Below are positions 17,190 to 25,253 of a DNA stretch of 64,000 bases, piece after piece (the first letter of the stretch is position 1; every line of letters starts with the position of its first letter). The DNA comes from Candidatus Bathyarchaeota archaeon (GTDB lineage: Archaea > Thermoproteota > Bathyarchaeia > 40CM-2-53-6): NCBI GenBank assembly GCA_963726255.1, contig CAVSBL010000002.1, positions 1,540,122-1,604,121 of the forward strand, in the 5' to 3' direction. Below the pieces are notes generated by a model that worked only from the letters and a program-made list of their open reading frames with translations, was not told the DNA's origin and ran no database searches. Made by a program: the position numbers and the translations under genes.

Positions 17190-17209
17190 GTGCGCGTCCA
17201 ATCACAAAC
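17190..17209 (+). repeat. Bipartite motif copy C2: GTGCGC-N7-CACAAAC
   Basis: GTGCGCGTCCAATCACAAAC, with the same 7-nt spacing as C1. Confidence 0.45.
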
Positions 17210-17367
17210 CCGGCAGAGTAACATGCTATCCCTACAAAACTATACCACCCCACCCCCGGGGCTAAACTGCTAACTTAAGGTGGCATCCAGCTCTTCGCAC
17301 GAGCGAGGGTGAAATGCGGGGCTGGTGAGCTTTAATCTATGAAGCTGAAGAGGGCGATTGGAATTCG

Positions 17368-17622
17368 GTGTTTGTTGTGAGCCTAATCACGTCCCTGCTA
17401 GGAACGGCTGGGCTGTTAATGCTCTTAATCGCATTCGGCCTCAACTCATTCGGAAAACTCAAGCGAACAGATCTGACTTACAACCTACTCAACTGCATAG
17501 GCGCGTTCGCTTTGGTGGTCTATGCCATAGACCTAAGCGCAACTCTCTTTGTCGTCTTGGAATCGGTTTGGGGCATCGTCGCCGCCTATCAGATAGCAAA
17601 CCGCAAAATCACAGCGAACTAG
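17368..17622 (+). CDS. Small three-TM membrane protein (CBU_0592-like)
   Basis: 84 aa with three hydrophobic helices. YNLLNCIGAFALVVYAI resembles small CBU_0592-type membrane proteins. TTTAATCT box at 17331-17338 about 30 nt upstream of the GTG. Confidence 0.55.
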   Translation: MFVVSLITSLLGTAGLLMLLIAFGLNSFGKLKRTDLTYNLLNCIGAFALVVYAIDLSATLFVVLESVWGIVAAYQIANRKITAN

Positions 17623-17658
17623 GCAAAAAGGCCCACAGTCGCATGCGAGCTGTCAATC

Positions 17659-18159
17659 GTGGTTATGGAATCATTCAGAATCAACCGAGATCTGCCTGAG
17701 GGAAGGTATCGGCTCCGGGAGGTCTTCTCTGGGCTGGAGGATGTAGAATCCCTCTACGTCTACATAGGCAATCCAACGCAGTTGAAGCGTATCCTGGACG
17801 AGACCGATGTCACCCTCACCCAGGATACTAGTTACATGTACGTTAATGACGGCGACGGCAGCCTCGTAGTGGGTTTGGAGTATCTGCAAACCGCCGACGC
17901 CCATTACCTCTACCTGGACATCATCCACGAACTAGCCCACGTAAAACAATACTTGGACGGCAGGGAACTCTTCGACGAAAAATACAGCTACGTAGACCGC
18001 CCAACAGAGATCGAAGCATACCAATGCACCGTCAAAGAAGCAAGAAAACGCGGCATGGCCGACGACGCGATCACTGAATACCTCTACGTAGAATGGATCA
18101 CAAGAAAAGAACACGCCAGGCTCCTGAAAACACTAGGAGTAGTTGCTACTCCGCCCTAG
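17659..18159 (+). CDS. Hypothetical protein with HExxH motif (putative zinc metallopeptidase)
   Basis: IIHELAHVKQ plus downstream PTEIEAYQ. No family assignment possible by eye. Confidence 0.55.
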   Translation: MVMESFRINRDLPEGRYRLREVFSGLEDVESLYVYIGNPTQLKRILDETDVTLTQDTSYMYVNDGDGSLVVGLEYLQTADAHYLYLDIIHELAHVKQYLDGRELFDEKYSYVDRPTEIEAYQCTVKEARKRGMADDAITEYLYVEWITRKEHARLLKTLGVVATPP

Positions 18160-18602
18160 AATTCCTCTTCATTTCGCTTAGCGGGCTTTTGATATTTGTC
18201 TAGGTATTTGAGAACGAAGTTGCGCGTATACTCCTCTAAGTCCAGCTTCAAGGCTTCTTCAGGCTTAACCCAAACATAGTCTTGCAGTTCACGTCCATCC
18301 AACTGTACCTTGAAACTCTTTGTTTTCAGGACGTAGTCCATGAAGATGTAGTGTTCGTGCTTGTGAAAATCTTTCGGGTAGATTGCCTGCTGAACGACTA
18401 GCAGCTCAACGGGCTCGGCGTCCAGACCAGTCTCCTCCTTCACCTCACGCCTAATCGCGTCCTCCGCCCGCTCCCCGAGCTCGATATGCCCGCCTGGGAC
18501 GCTGTACTTGTCGCCCCACTTATGCGAGCGAACGATGAGAACCTCGCCCTTCTCGTTCACGATGAGGGCGCCAACTGTAGCTTCAGGAAAAGTTTGAGTC
18601 AA
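18156..18602 (-). CDS. NUDIX hydrolase
   Basis: Nudix box GGHIELGERAEDAIRREVKEETGL. Confidence 0.9.
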   Translation of the reverse strand: MTQTFPEATVGALIVNEKGEVLIVRSHKWGDKYSVPGGHIELGERAEDAIRREVKEETGLDAEPVELLVVQQAIYPKDFHKHEHYIFMDYVLKTKSFKVQLDGRELQDYVWVKPEEALKLDLEEYTRNFVLKYLDKYQKPAKRNEEEF

Positions 18603-18645
18603 AGCAACACTTTCTCGGAAAGGAAGCAGCTCTAGCTGTGGGCTT

Positions 18646-18786
18646 CTAGCTCCTGCGCATCATTGTTCCGACGACCCCAACGACTGAGATCAGGCCGCCA
18701 ATGATCAGAATAAGGGGCGCCTGGGTTCTAAGGTAGACTAGGCCCGTGAACACAACCAGCGCCGTAAGGCCTGCCACGTTTACCAT
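18646..18786 (-). CDS. Possible 46-aa two-TM membrane peptide (below ORF-track cutoff)
   Basis: ATG..TAG ORF translating MVNVAGLTALVVFTGLVYLRTQAPLILIIGGLISVVGVVGTMMRRS. Fills an otherwise empty gap upstream of the NUDIX gene. Confidence 0.3.
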   Translation of the reverse strand: MVNVAGLTALVVFTGLVYLRTQAPLILIIGGLISVVGVVGTMMRRS

Positions 18787-18906
18787 GGCTGCTCTTGCTT
18801 GCGGCCTCAAGCCCACCCACCACAATCATTCGAGTCACCATAGCCATCTATATTTCTATTCTTCCAAGAGAATCCAATTAATCCCGCAAGCCGTATCGGG
18901 GAAGGG

Positions 18907-19686
18907 GTGGGTGGCGAAGCCGTGGAGGAAGATTCTAAGAAACGGTTCTCAAACCGGGCGACCTACTACGCCCAGTCTCGTCCCCGCTACCCCAAAGCCA
19001 TTCTGGCTTTCATGGAAAACGAACTAGGCCTCTCAGAGGCGTCAGTTGTTGCGGATATAGGTTCGGGGACAGGCATTCTAACTGAGTTATTCCTGAAGCA
19101 TGGAAACCCGGTTTACAGTGTTGAGCCGAACAGGGAAATGAGGAAAACTGCGGAAGGCCTCCTCAGCCAACACCCAAGCTTCAGAAGCATAGATGGCACC
19201 GCCGAAGCTACAACGCTCCCAGCCGCCAGCGTAGACTTCGTCACCGCGGCACAAGCCTTTCACTGGTTCGACCCATTGAAGACTCGCGGAGAATTCTTGA
19301 GAATTTTGAAACCGCACGGATGGGTTCTTTTGATTTGGAACACCAGGAAGAATTCACCAGGCTTTATGGAGGCTTACGAGCGGCTGGTCAGTGAATATGC
19401 GAACCGGGCACATTCTCGGCGCACTGCGAAAGACAAGGTCGGCGACCAGGCTCTAGCCAGCTTTTTCAGAGAGTACAAGGTGAAAACCTTCAGCAACAGT
19501 CAAGTCCTAGATTTCGAAGACCTGGCGGGACGGTTGCTTTCATCCTCCTATCTTCCGCTCCCCGGTGAAACTAGGTACGGCTCGATGATGGATGCGCTGC
19601 GCAAGCTTTTCGATTCCTACCAAGAAGGCGGGGTTGTTCGCCTCGAGTACGAAACTGAAACATATTACGGCCAACTTAAGCCCTGA
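18907..19686 (+). CDS. Class I SAM-dependent methyltransferase
   Basis: VADIGSGTGILTELF motif I, VDFVTAAQAFHWFD. Confidence 0.8.
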   Translation: MGGEAVEEDSKKRFSNRATYYAQSRPRYPKAILAFMENELGLSEASVVADIGSGTGILTELFLKHGNPVYSVEPNREMRKTAEGLLSQHPSFRSIDGTAEATTLPAASVDFVTAAQAFHWFDPLKTRGEFLRILKPHGWVLLIWNTRKNSPGFMEAYERLVSEYANRAHSRRTAKDKVGDQALASFFREYKVKTFSNSQVLDFEDLAGRLLSSSYLPLPGETRYGSMMDALRKLFDSYQEGGVVRLEYETETYYGQLKP

Positions 19687-19730
19687 CTAAGGGGCCATTC
19701 GCTGGGGCTTCAGCTACGCCAACAATATCT

Positions 19731-20891
19731 TTGAACTCAATTCTGAGCAGGTTCTCCGCGGACGTAGTGAAGATTACCGAGGAAGTGTACGGCAGCGAAA
19801 CCCCCACTGTCCTTGAGGCGCTCACGAAACCCGTCGGAACATATTACATCCGCTGCAACACTTCCAAGATCTCACCTGAGGAACTTCTGAACAGGCTTCA
19901 AGGCCGGGGGTTCAACGTATACCAACATCAACTTCTCCCCGAAGCCTTAGGTATTCGAGTTGAGGGCCCGTTTGAGATTCCACCCGCCGCCCGAAAGGTC
20001 GTCGTGGATAAGCATACTGCTGAATCAGTGCTCCAAGGCGCAAATGTTTACGCGCCCGGAATTCTAAACTGCGAGGAACTCAGGATCGGGGAGAACGTTG
20101 CCGTTGCCTCCGAGCTAGGGGACCACCTTGCAACTGGAACCGCAACCATGAGCGCAAACGATATCCTAACCTTCAGGAAGGGGTTGGCTGTTCGGGTAAA
20201 CCACAGGCGGTTCAGGGCACCCCAAGTCAGAGAATTGCCAGAATTTTCAGAAGGGCTCCTCTACCCGCAATCCCTTGCAGCCATGGCAACAGCCCACACA
20301 CTTGACCCGCATGGGGGTGAGACCGTCGTTGACATGAACTGCTCCCCAGGCGGAAAACTGTCCCACATTAGCCAGTTGATGCACAATTCCGGCAAGATTC
20401 TTGGCTTCGATAGGAACACGGAGAAGATAGGGCAGGCTCGCCGGACGTTAATGCGTTTGGGGTGTACGAACGTTACGCTTTCGATTCATGATACCAGGTA
20501 CGTCCACCTAGACCTTCCTGACTTGCAGTCCGACCGCACCCTAATCGACCCGCCATGCAGCGCTCTCGGCCTCAGGCCGAAAGTATATGACTTCTCGACA
20601 GTGGACCGCGTGAATAACCTTGCAGATTATCAGAAACAATTCGTCAAGGCCGCAAGCAAAGTGACGAAACCTGGGGGAACTATAGTCTACAGCGTCTGCA
20701 CCTACACAACACAGGAGTGTGAACAAGTCGTCGAGTTCGCCGAGCATGAATGCGGGCTTAGCGTAGTGGAACAGAAACTAATCCTCGGGTCAAAGGGCCT
20801 CGCGGCTCACACGCCATCAGCCAGCCGCTGCCAAAGATTTCATCCTCACGTTGATGAAATCGGATATTTCATCGCAAAACTCCAACGGTAG
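19731..20891 (+). CDS. NOL1/NOP2/Sun-family RNA cytosine-C5 methyltransferase with N-terminal PUA-like domain
   Basis: VDMNCSPGGKLSHI, LIDPPCSALG (motif IV Cys), YSVCT (motif VI Cys). Confidence 0.85.
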   Translation: MNSILSRFSADVVKITEEVYGSETPTVLEALTKPVGTYYIRCNTSKISPEELLNRLQGRGFNVYQHQLLPEALGIRVEGPFEIPPAARKVVVDKHTAESVLQGANVYAPGILNCEELRIGENVAVASELGDHLATGTATMSANDILTFRKGLAVRVNHRRFRAPQVRELPEFSEGLLYPQSLAAMATAHTLDPHGGETVVDMNCSPGGKLSHISQLMHNSGKILGFDRNTEKIGQARRTLMRLGCTNVTLSIHDTRYVHLDLPDLQSDRTLIDPPCSALGLRPKVYDFSTVDRVNNLADYQKQFVKAASKVTKPGGTIVYSVCTYTTQECEQVVEFAEHECGLSVVEQKLILGSKGLAAHTPSASRCQRFHPHVDEIGYFIAKLQR

Positions 20892-20941
20892 AAGGAAGCC
20901 TTTAACCCCCTTCAAGCCCGAATAACAGTTAGGGACTCTAG

Positions 20942-21232
20942 TTGGATCTGCCCGAGAATGTTTTGACAAAGGGTAAGCGTGGAAAACTCGAGGTTAGAGC
21001 CTTGGACTCACGAGGCAGCTATGTTATGTGCAAGTACCTTGACCCGAAGACGATGAAACCTGCGAACACGAAACGCAAACTGATGCTTAGGGATCAGAGC
21101 GGAAACGTGCTTGAATATTTCATCATCCCGCTGAAGGACACAAAGCGTGCACTCCTCCTTACCGCGGCGTCCGAAGAGAAGGAACGTAAGGTTTGGCTTG
21201 AAAGCCTAGGAAGAGCTGAAGAAATCTGGTGA
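20942..21232 (+). CDS. Hypothetical small protein
   Basis: 96-codon ORF, TTG start, no recognised motif. The C-terminal EKERKVWLESL helix is vaguely PH-like. Confidence 0.45.
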   Translation: MDLPENVLTKGKRGKLEVRALDSRGSYVMCKYLDPKTMKPANTKRKLMLRDQSGNVLEYFIIPLKDTKRALLLTAASEEKERKVWLESLGRAEEIW

Positions 21233-21292
21233 CGTTAAATGGCTACGGTGGCGCGGACATGCACACAAAAATACGTCGGTTCAAATTCCGAC

Positions 21293-21318
21293 GCTCGCAA
21301 CATTAGACCCACACACAC
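21293..21318 (+). repeat. Motif copy E: GCTCGC-AACATTAGACC-CACACACAC (direct repeat of D)
   Basis: CGCAACATTAGACCCACACACAC (21296-21318) matches 21599-21621 at 22 of 23 positions. Confidence 0.6.
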
Positions 21319-21409
21319 TTGCAGACGACCAACAACGACGGTTCAGAGAAACTCCAGTCCAGGAGACGACTCCACCGACGCCTTATATCGGCCCAAGCGT
21401 TAGTGAAAA

Positions 21410-21550
21410 ATGATAGTGATGAAATGGTTCTGGGGTTTCATGGGATGTCTAGGGTTCCTAGGCCTCGCACTGAATGATCCTCTCTACTACGCTTTCTTTG
21501 CTTTTTTCCTTTTCTTCCTCGAACCTGTTCTAAAGAAACCCAAACGGTAA
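21410..21550 (+). CDS. Possible 46-aa membrane peptide (below ORF-track cutoff)
   Basis: ATG..TAA ORF MIVMKWFWGFMGCLGFLGLALNDPLYYAFFAFFLFFLEPVLKKPKR. CTTATATC box at about 21382-21389, 20-28 nt upstream, consistent with a near-leaderless mRNA. Confidence 0.4.
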   Translation: MIVMKWFWGFMGCLGFLGLALNDPLYYAFFAFFLFFLEPVLKKPKR

Positions 21551-21588
21551 GAAACACCTAAGTCGTCAAGACAAACCTGCTGGCATTC

Positions 21589-21621
21589 GGTGTGTGTGCG
21601 CAACATTAGACCCACAAACAC
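21589..21621 (+). repeat. Bipartite motif copy D: (GT)n-GTGCGC-N11-CACAAACAC
   Basis: GGTGTGTGTGCGCAACATTAGACCCACAAACAC. Confidence 0.6.
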
Positions 21622-21884
21622 GAAAATCACAAATCGGCTACTTGCACATACTACACCGACGTGTTCTTGCTTTGCCGACGATTCCCCTAATCGAGGATTT
21701 GACTACGGGGCCAGTTCCGTCTGGGAAGGCCACGATCCACGGCGTGATCGACATCCACCTGCGAGACTCCTCGGAAGGATTGAAGAACCTTGTTCGGGTT
21801 TGCAGCTTCAAGATGGTCAGTCATGATAAGCACTGGCACGAGCTCAGCGTTGGTAAGAACCTGGAAGTTGTGTTGGACGAATAA
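21594..21884 (+). CDS. Hypothetical small protein (start uncertain; TTG 21699 alternative)
   Basis: Track ORF. Only the C-terminal ~60 codons (GKATIHGVIDIHLRD...LEVVLDE) look protein-like. The 5' part overlaps motif D. Confidence 0.3.
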   Translation: MCATLDPQTRKSQIGYLHILHRRVLALPTIPLIEDLTTGPVPSGKATIHGVIDIHLRDSSEGLKNLVRVCSFKMVSHDKHWHELSVGKNLEVVLDE

Positions 21885-21994
21885 GAGTCAAATCTTCAGA
21901 AGCTATGGGAAAGCAAACCTTAGGTCTGGTTATCTAGTCAGAAACGACGGCTGCGTGTGGATCTTTCGATGAAACATTTCTTTCGTGCGGGTCA

Positions 21995-22606
21995 CTAGGG
22001 TGGAGCGACCGGTAGGATTTGAATCAAGGATTTCAATGGTACTCCATCGATTTTCGGCTTCCCGCTCTTGTTGACCAAAACAAGGATGCCTACGGGTTTA
22101 GCTTTCGCCTTTCGCAGCGTCTGAATCGCAGCCCTATGCGTCTCGCCGGCTCGTAGAACCGCATCTGCGATCAACACTTTCTTTCCCGCGACCTTGTGAA
22201 AACTCGGATTAACCAAGCCGGGCAGCTTCTTATGCGCAACGCGATGGGGACGAACAGCCGCGAATGGCTTATCCAGCTCCTTAGCGATTGCCACGCCAAG
22301 AACCATACCGCTCCCTTCGATCGCAACGATCACATCTGGTTCATCAAACTCCCCCGCGCGGACTGATTCCCGAATCAAATCTGCTAATGCCGAAGCAACG
22401 GCAGTCATACGTTTTCCATGTGAACCAAGAGAACTCCAGTCTACGAAAACATCATGCGGCGGATGTCTCGCCGCCCGCTCCTTGCCCCGGAGCAACAACC
22501 AGACGACGGTGTCTGGTTGAACCTTCAATTCGTCGGCTATCTCATACGTTGACAGCCCCTTCGACTTCAGTTCCTGCGTCCGTTTAACCAGTTCATTTGA
22601 GGCCAT
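21995..22606 (-). CDS. Orotate phosphoribosyltransferase-like protein with N-terminal HTH (GfcR/PyrE-like regulator)
   Basis: From MASNELVKRTQELKSKGLSTYEIADELKV (HTH) to the PRTase motif KKVLIADAVLRAGET. The longer track start at 22741 would overlap the divergent gene. Confidence 0.75.
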   Translation of the reverse strand: MASNELVKRTQELKSKGLSTYEIADELKVQPDTVVWLLLRGKERAARHPPHDVFVDWSSLGSHGKRMTAVASALADLIRESVRAGEFDEPDVIVAIEGSGMVLGVAIAKELDKPFAAVRPHRVAHKKLPGLVNPSFHKVAGKKVLIADAVLRAGETHRAAIQTLRKAKAKPVGILVLVNKSGKPKIDGVPLKSLIQILPVAPP

Positions 22607-22790
22607 TGAGCCGAACACGCACCACGTCTGAAGGGTTATGATTGGCCGAGGCCTTATAATAGGTAATGAATCCCAGAATCGCTCACAGTCCCCCACGCAC
22701 CCATCGAAGGGAAGGATATTGTCGGCCCCCTCGCCCACCACAACTCAGGAATATTCCTTTGAAATTTCACCTAAAGACACCCTCGGGCCC

Positions 22791-23690
22791 ATGAATTTGG
22801 AAGCAACAATTCTGAGCGCGCAAACTTCAGAACCTGAATGGACGAGGGACGGCGCTTGTTTTGTTGACGTCGAAGAACTGAATGGCACTCCCGTCAAATA
22901 CGCCATAAGTCAGGTGGGTGGAGTAGACGATTTCAAACTCAGAGTGCGCGCAATCACTTCCATACTAAATGACCAGTTAGGCGTTAGTCTGCGATTGCAT
23001 TTGAACCGTGTTCTTGGTCTCAGCGACAACCTAGAGTCGTTCTACAATGAATTTTCTGACGACGCCGAACCGCTCCGTACTACCTTCACGAAGCTTAGGG
23101 GCCTTCGCCTGATGCGAGGGACAAACCTCTTTGAAAGCTTGACCTGCTCCATTTTGTCTCAGAACAACTCAGCATTACTATGGAACAGAACTGCGCGGCT
23201 ACTTATGCGCCTATACGGATCCAAGGTGAATTTCCCCGATGGCGCAACATCCTTTCTATTCCCCAAGCCGGAGACCTTGGCAGGGCTGTCCCCGAGGGAA
23301 CTTCGCTCGAAGACTTCCATGGGGTATAGAGCGAAGCCTGTGGTTCAAGTTTCCCGTTTAATTGCCACCGGGAAACTGAAGCTCGACGATTTAAGCAAGC
23401 TTCCTTACGAGGAAGCCATGGAGGTTCTTCTCGACCTTCCAGGCGTTGGCCCAAAAGTCGCTGATTGCTTCTGGCTATACGGAGTGGGCGGCCTCGAAGC
23501 AGCTCCCGTTGACGTTTGGATTCACAGAGTTGTCACGTACCTTTACTTCAAAGGTAGAAAGGTCAGCAGGCTGAAGACTGCTAAGTTTCTGCGTGACCGT
23601 TTCGGAGAATGGGCGGGGTACGCGCAGTTGTATCTCTTCGATTTCGCACGCCATGGAGGAATCGGCAAAGTCAAGGCCAGAAAATCGTGA
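22791..23690 (+). CDS. ogg: 8-oxoguanine DNA glycosylase/AP lyase (HhH-GPD, OGG type)
   Basis: LPGVGPKVADCFWLYG...APVDVWIHRV closely parallels the OGG1 HhH-GPD motif with its catalytic Lys. ATG 22791 chosen within track ORF 22638..23690. Confidence 0.7.
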   Translation: MNLEATILSAQTSEPEWTRDGACFVDVEELNGTPVKYAISQVGGVDDFKLRVRAITSILNDQLGVSLRLHLNRVLGLSDNLESFYNEFSDDAEPLRTTFTKLRGLRLMRGTNLFESLTCSILSQNNSALLWNRTARLLMRLYGSKVNFPDGATSFLFPKPETLAGLSPRELRSKTSMGYRAKPVVQVSRLIATGKLKLDDLSKLPYEEAMEVLLDLPGVGPKVADCFWLYGVGGLEAAPVDVWIHRVVTYLYFKGRKVSRLKTAKFLRDRFGEWAGYAQLYLFDFARHGGIGKVKARKS

Positions 23691-23694
23691 GCTT

Positions 23695-24228
23695 CTACCT
23701 CTCGCTATGACGGCCCTTTGCAGCCTCTTTCTGGACAGGTTTTCGTTTCAGTTTGGTTCCGCAGACTGGGCAGACCTGAAGGTCTGTTTGCGCGTACCGC
23801 CTATAGCAGGCGGGGCAGTAGTAGATCCAGCTGAACTTTTCGCGGATCCCTAACGTAGCCAAGGGCTGGTAGGCTATGCGGATTCCTTCCGCAACATTTT
23901 GCACGGCGTAATCGTCGCTCACAATCACAGGCGTCTTTCCCTCGCCGCGAAGGTCGAGCGCTAAGGCCAAGACGCCGGTATCAGCTTTCGAGAGTACAAC
24001 TCGGTCCCCGAGCACTCTTGCCTTTTCAGCGACTTCTTCAAGCGAAGCGGCTGTGGGGCTACGGATTGTGAGTTTACCCGAGGATCTGGAAACGGTTAGC
24101 CTGTACGAGGGACCGGTTTGCTCTCGCAGTTCATCTGCTACCTCGGGCACGGAATAGCTCTCAAAATCAAGCCCCAGAGGGTCTAGCCCCATGATTAGGG
24201 CCGAGGTGTCCAGAACTAGAACTTTCAG
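23695..24228 (-). CDS. nob1: Nob1-like PIN-domain endonuclease with C-terminal zinc ribbon; probable CTG start
   Basis: Zn ribbon CPACYRRY...CPVCG. The PIN first strand KVLVLDTSALI lies upstream of the first ATG (24192) with no in-frame ATG/GTG/TTG. CTG at 24228-24226 overlaps the NAD kinase TGA (CTGA). Confidence 0.7.
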   Translation of the reverse strand: MKVLVLDTSALIMGLDPLGLDFESYSVPEVADELREQTGPSYRLTVSRSSGKLTIRSPTAASLEEVAEKARVLGDRVVLSKADTGVLALALDLRGEGKTPVIVSDDYAVQNVAEGIRIAYQPLATLGIREKFSWIYYCPACYRRYAQTDLQVCPVCGTKLKRKPVQKEAAKGRHSER

Positions 24229-25067
24229 AAACCTGCTCGCTCCATCTCGTGAAGTCGAGTTAGGCTTCCCAAGGGTGGAGCGGGCCGCAATCGCACGAAC
24301 ACGGTATAATGCTTGGCCTTCCGAACCCCCAAGTTGACATCTTGGGTAAGCTCTCTTTGAAATCGTCCGTCTGCCACCACAAGAGCCCGTAACTTTGGAT
24401 TCTTCAGTTGAATCGAAAGTGACCTGTCCATTGAAAGTACGGTCGGCCTCAAGAATTCAAGTGGGCAAATGAAAGTGACTACGAACGCGTCAACTGATGA
24501 ATCAACCACCGGCCCGCCGGCTGAAAGCGCATAAGCCGTCGAACCTGTCGCGGTTGAAACGATGAGCCCGTCTCCCCTGACCTGTAGAAAGGGCTCAGAA
24601 TCTACAGCGAGGACCAGGTCAAGCATTTTCGAGGGGCTTCCAGATGATACCACCAGCTCGTTGAGCGCGTCAACTACGTGTGTTCCGTTCAGGTGCACTG
24701 CGAGCTTTGCTCGTTTCTCTAACCGGCATTTGCCCCTCGCGAAAAGCTCGATGGCTCGTAAAGCTTTGCTCGGTTCAACCTCAGTCAGGTAACCACGCCT
24801 CCCCATGTTCACGGCCAAAATTGGTGTCTCCGGTTCAGGGATCGACATTGACGTCTTTAGAACCGTCCCGTCGCCTCCCACGGTCACAATCAAATCCGCT
24901 TTGAGATTCGACAGGTCCTTACCGCCGCCCAGTCGACCTCGTTTTGCTAATTCGAGTTCAGCTGTGACTGCCATGCCCTTCCGCCTTAGCTGCTTGGCGA
25001 GGGCTGCCGCCGCTTCGAGGGCCCGCGGCTCATCGAGCCTAGAAACGAGGCCGACTTTCAGAGTCAA
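24225..25067 (-). CDS. nadK: NAD kinase
   Basis: VTVGGDGTVLK (GGDGT), NELVV, STATGSTAYALSAGGP. Confidence 0.9.
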   Translation of the reverse strand: MTLKVGLVSRLDEPRALEAAAALAKQLRRKGMAVTAELELAKRGRLGGGKDLSNLKADLIVTVGGDGTVLKTSMSIPEPETPILAVNMGRRGYLTEVEPSKALRAIELFARGKCRLEKRAKLAVHLNGTHVVDALNELVVSSGSPSKMLDLVLAVDSEPFLQVRGDGLIVSTATGSTAYALSAGGPVVDSSVDAFVVTFICPLEFLRPTVLSMDRSLSIQLKNPKLRALVVADGRFQRELTQDVNLGVRKAKHYTVFVRLRPAPPLGSLTRLHEMERAGF

Positions 25068-25253
25068 CTCTGCTTCTCCACGTGGGAGACACTACCCGCC
25101 GTGAGGATAATTAAGTAATCCACTCAAAACCCACGGACAGGGCAGAATTTGGTTTCGCAAAACTTTCTGTGAAAGAATCGGATGACCAGACAAGCTTTTT
25201 AGACATAGAGTAGGCGTTAACTGCTTTCAAGCTTAGCTTAAGGGCGAAGACCA

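Noticed and set aside
21274-21297. T-arm-like hairpin CGTCGG-TTCAAATT-CCGACG followed by GCTCGCA-A, possibly a tRNA 3' half or att remnant
   Set aside because: The loop is 8 nt rather than 7, so the conserved G53-C61 geometry fails. No complementary 5' acceptor strand (TGCGAGC) or cloverleaf lies upstream. Kept only as context for the D/E repeat finding.
21293-21621. Possible mini CRISPR array formed by the 23-bp D/E repeats
   Set aside because: Only two copies, with 303-bp spacing (far larger than spacers) and a promoter plus ORF between them. No cas genes are present.
10188-21621. Interpretation of the GTGCGC...CACAAAC motifs as integron attC sites
   Set aside because: The R''/R' core sites (RYYYAAC / GTTRRRY) are not convincingly present. 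The flanked genes are not in a co-oriented array, and no IntI-like integrase is in the window. Reported only as cassette-like repeats of unknown function.
22607-22790. Extended N-termini of the divergent GfcR-like (to 22741) and OGG (from 22638) ORFs, which would overlap each other
   Set aside because: The extensions have non-protein-like composition and would leave no promoter space. Internal ATGs (22606 and 22791) give family-typical N-termini.
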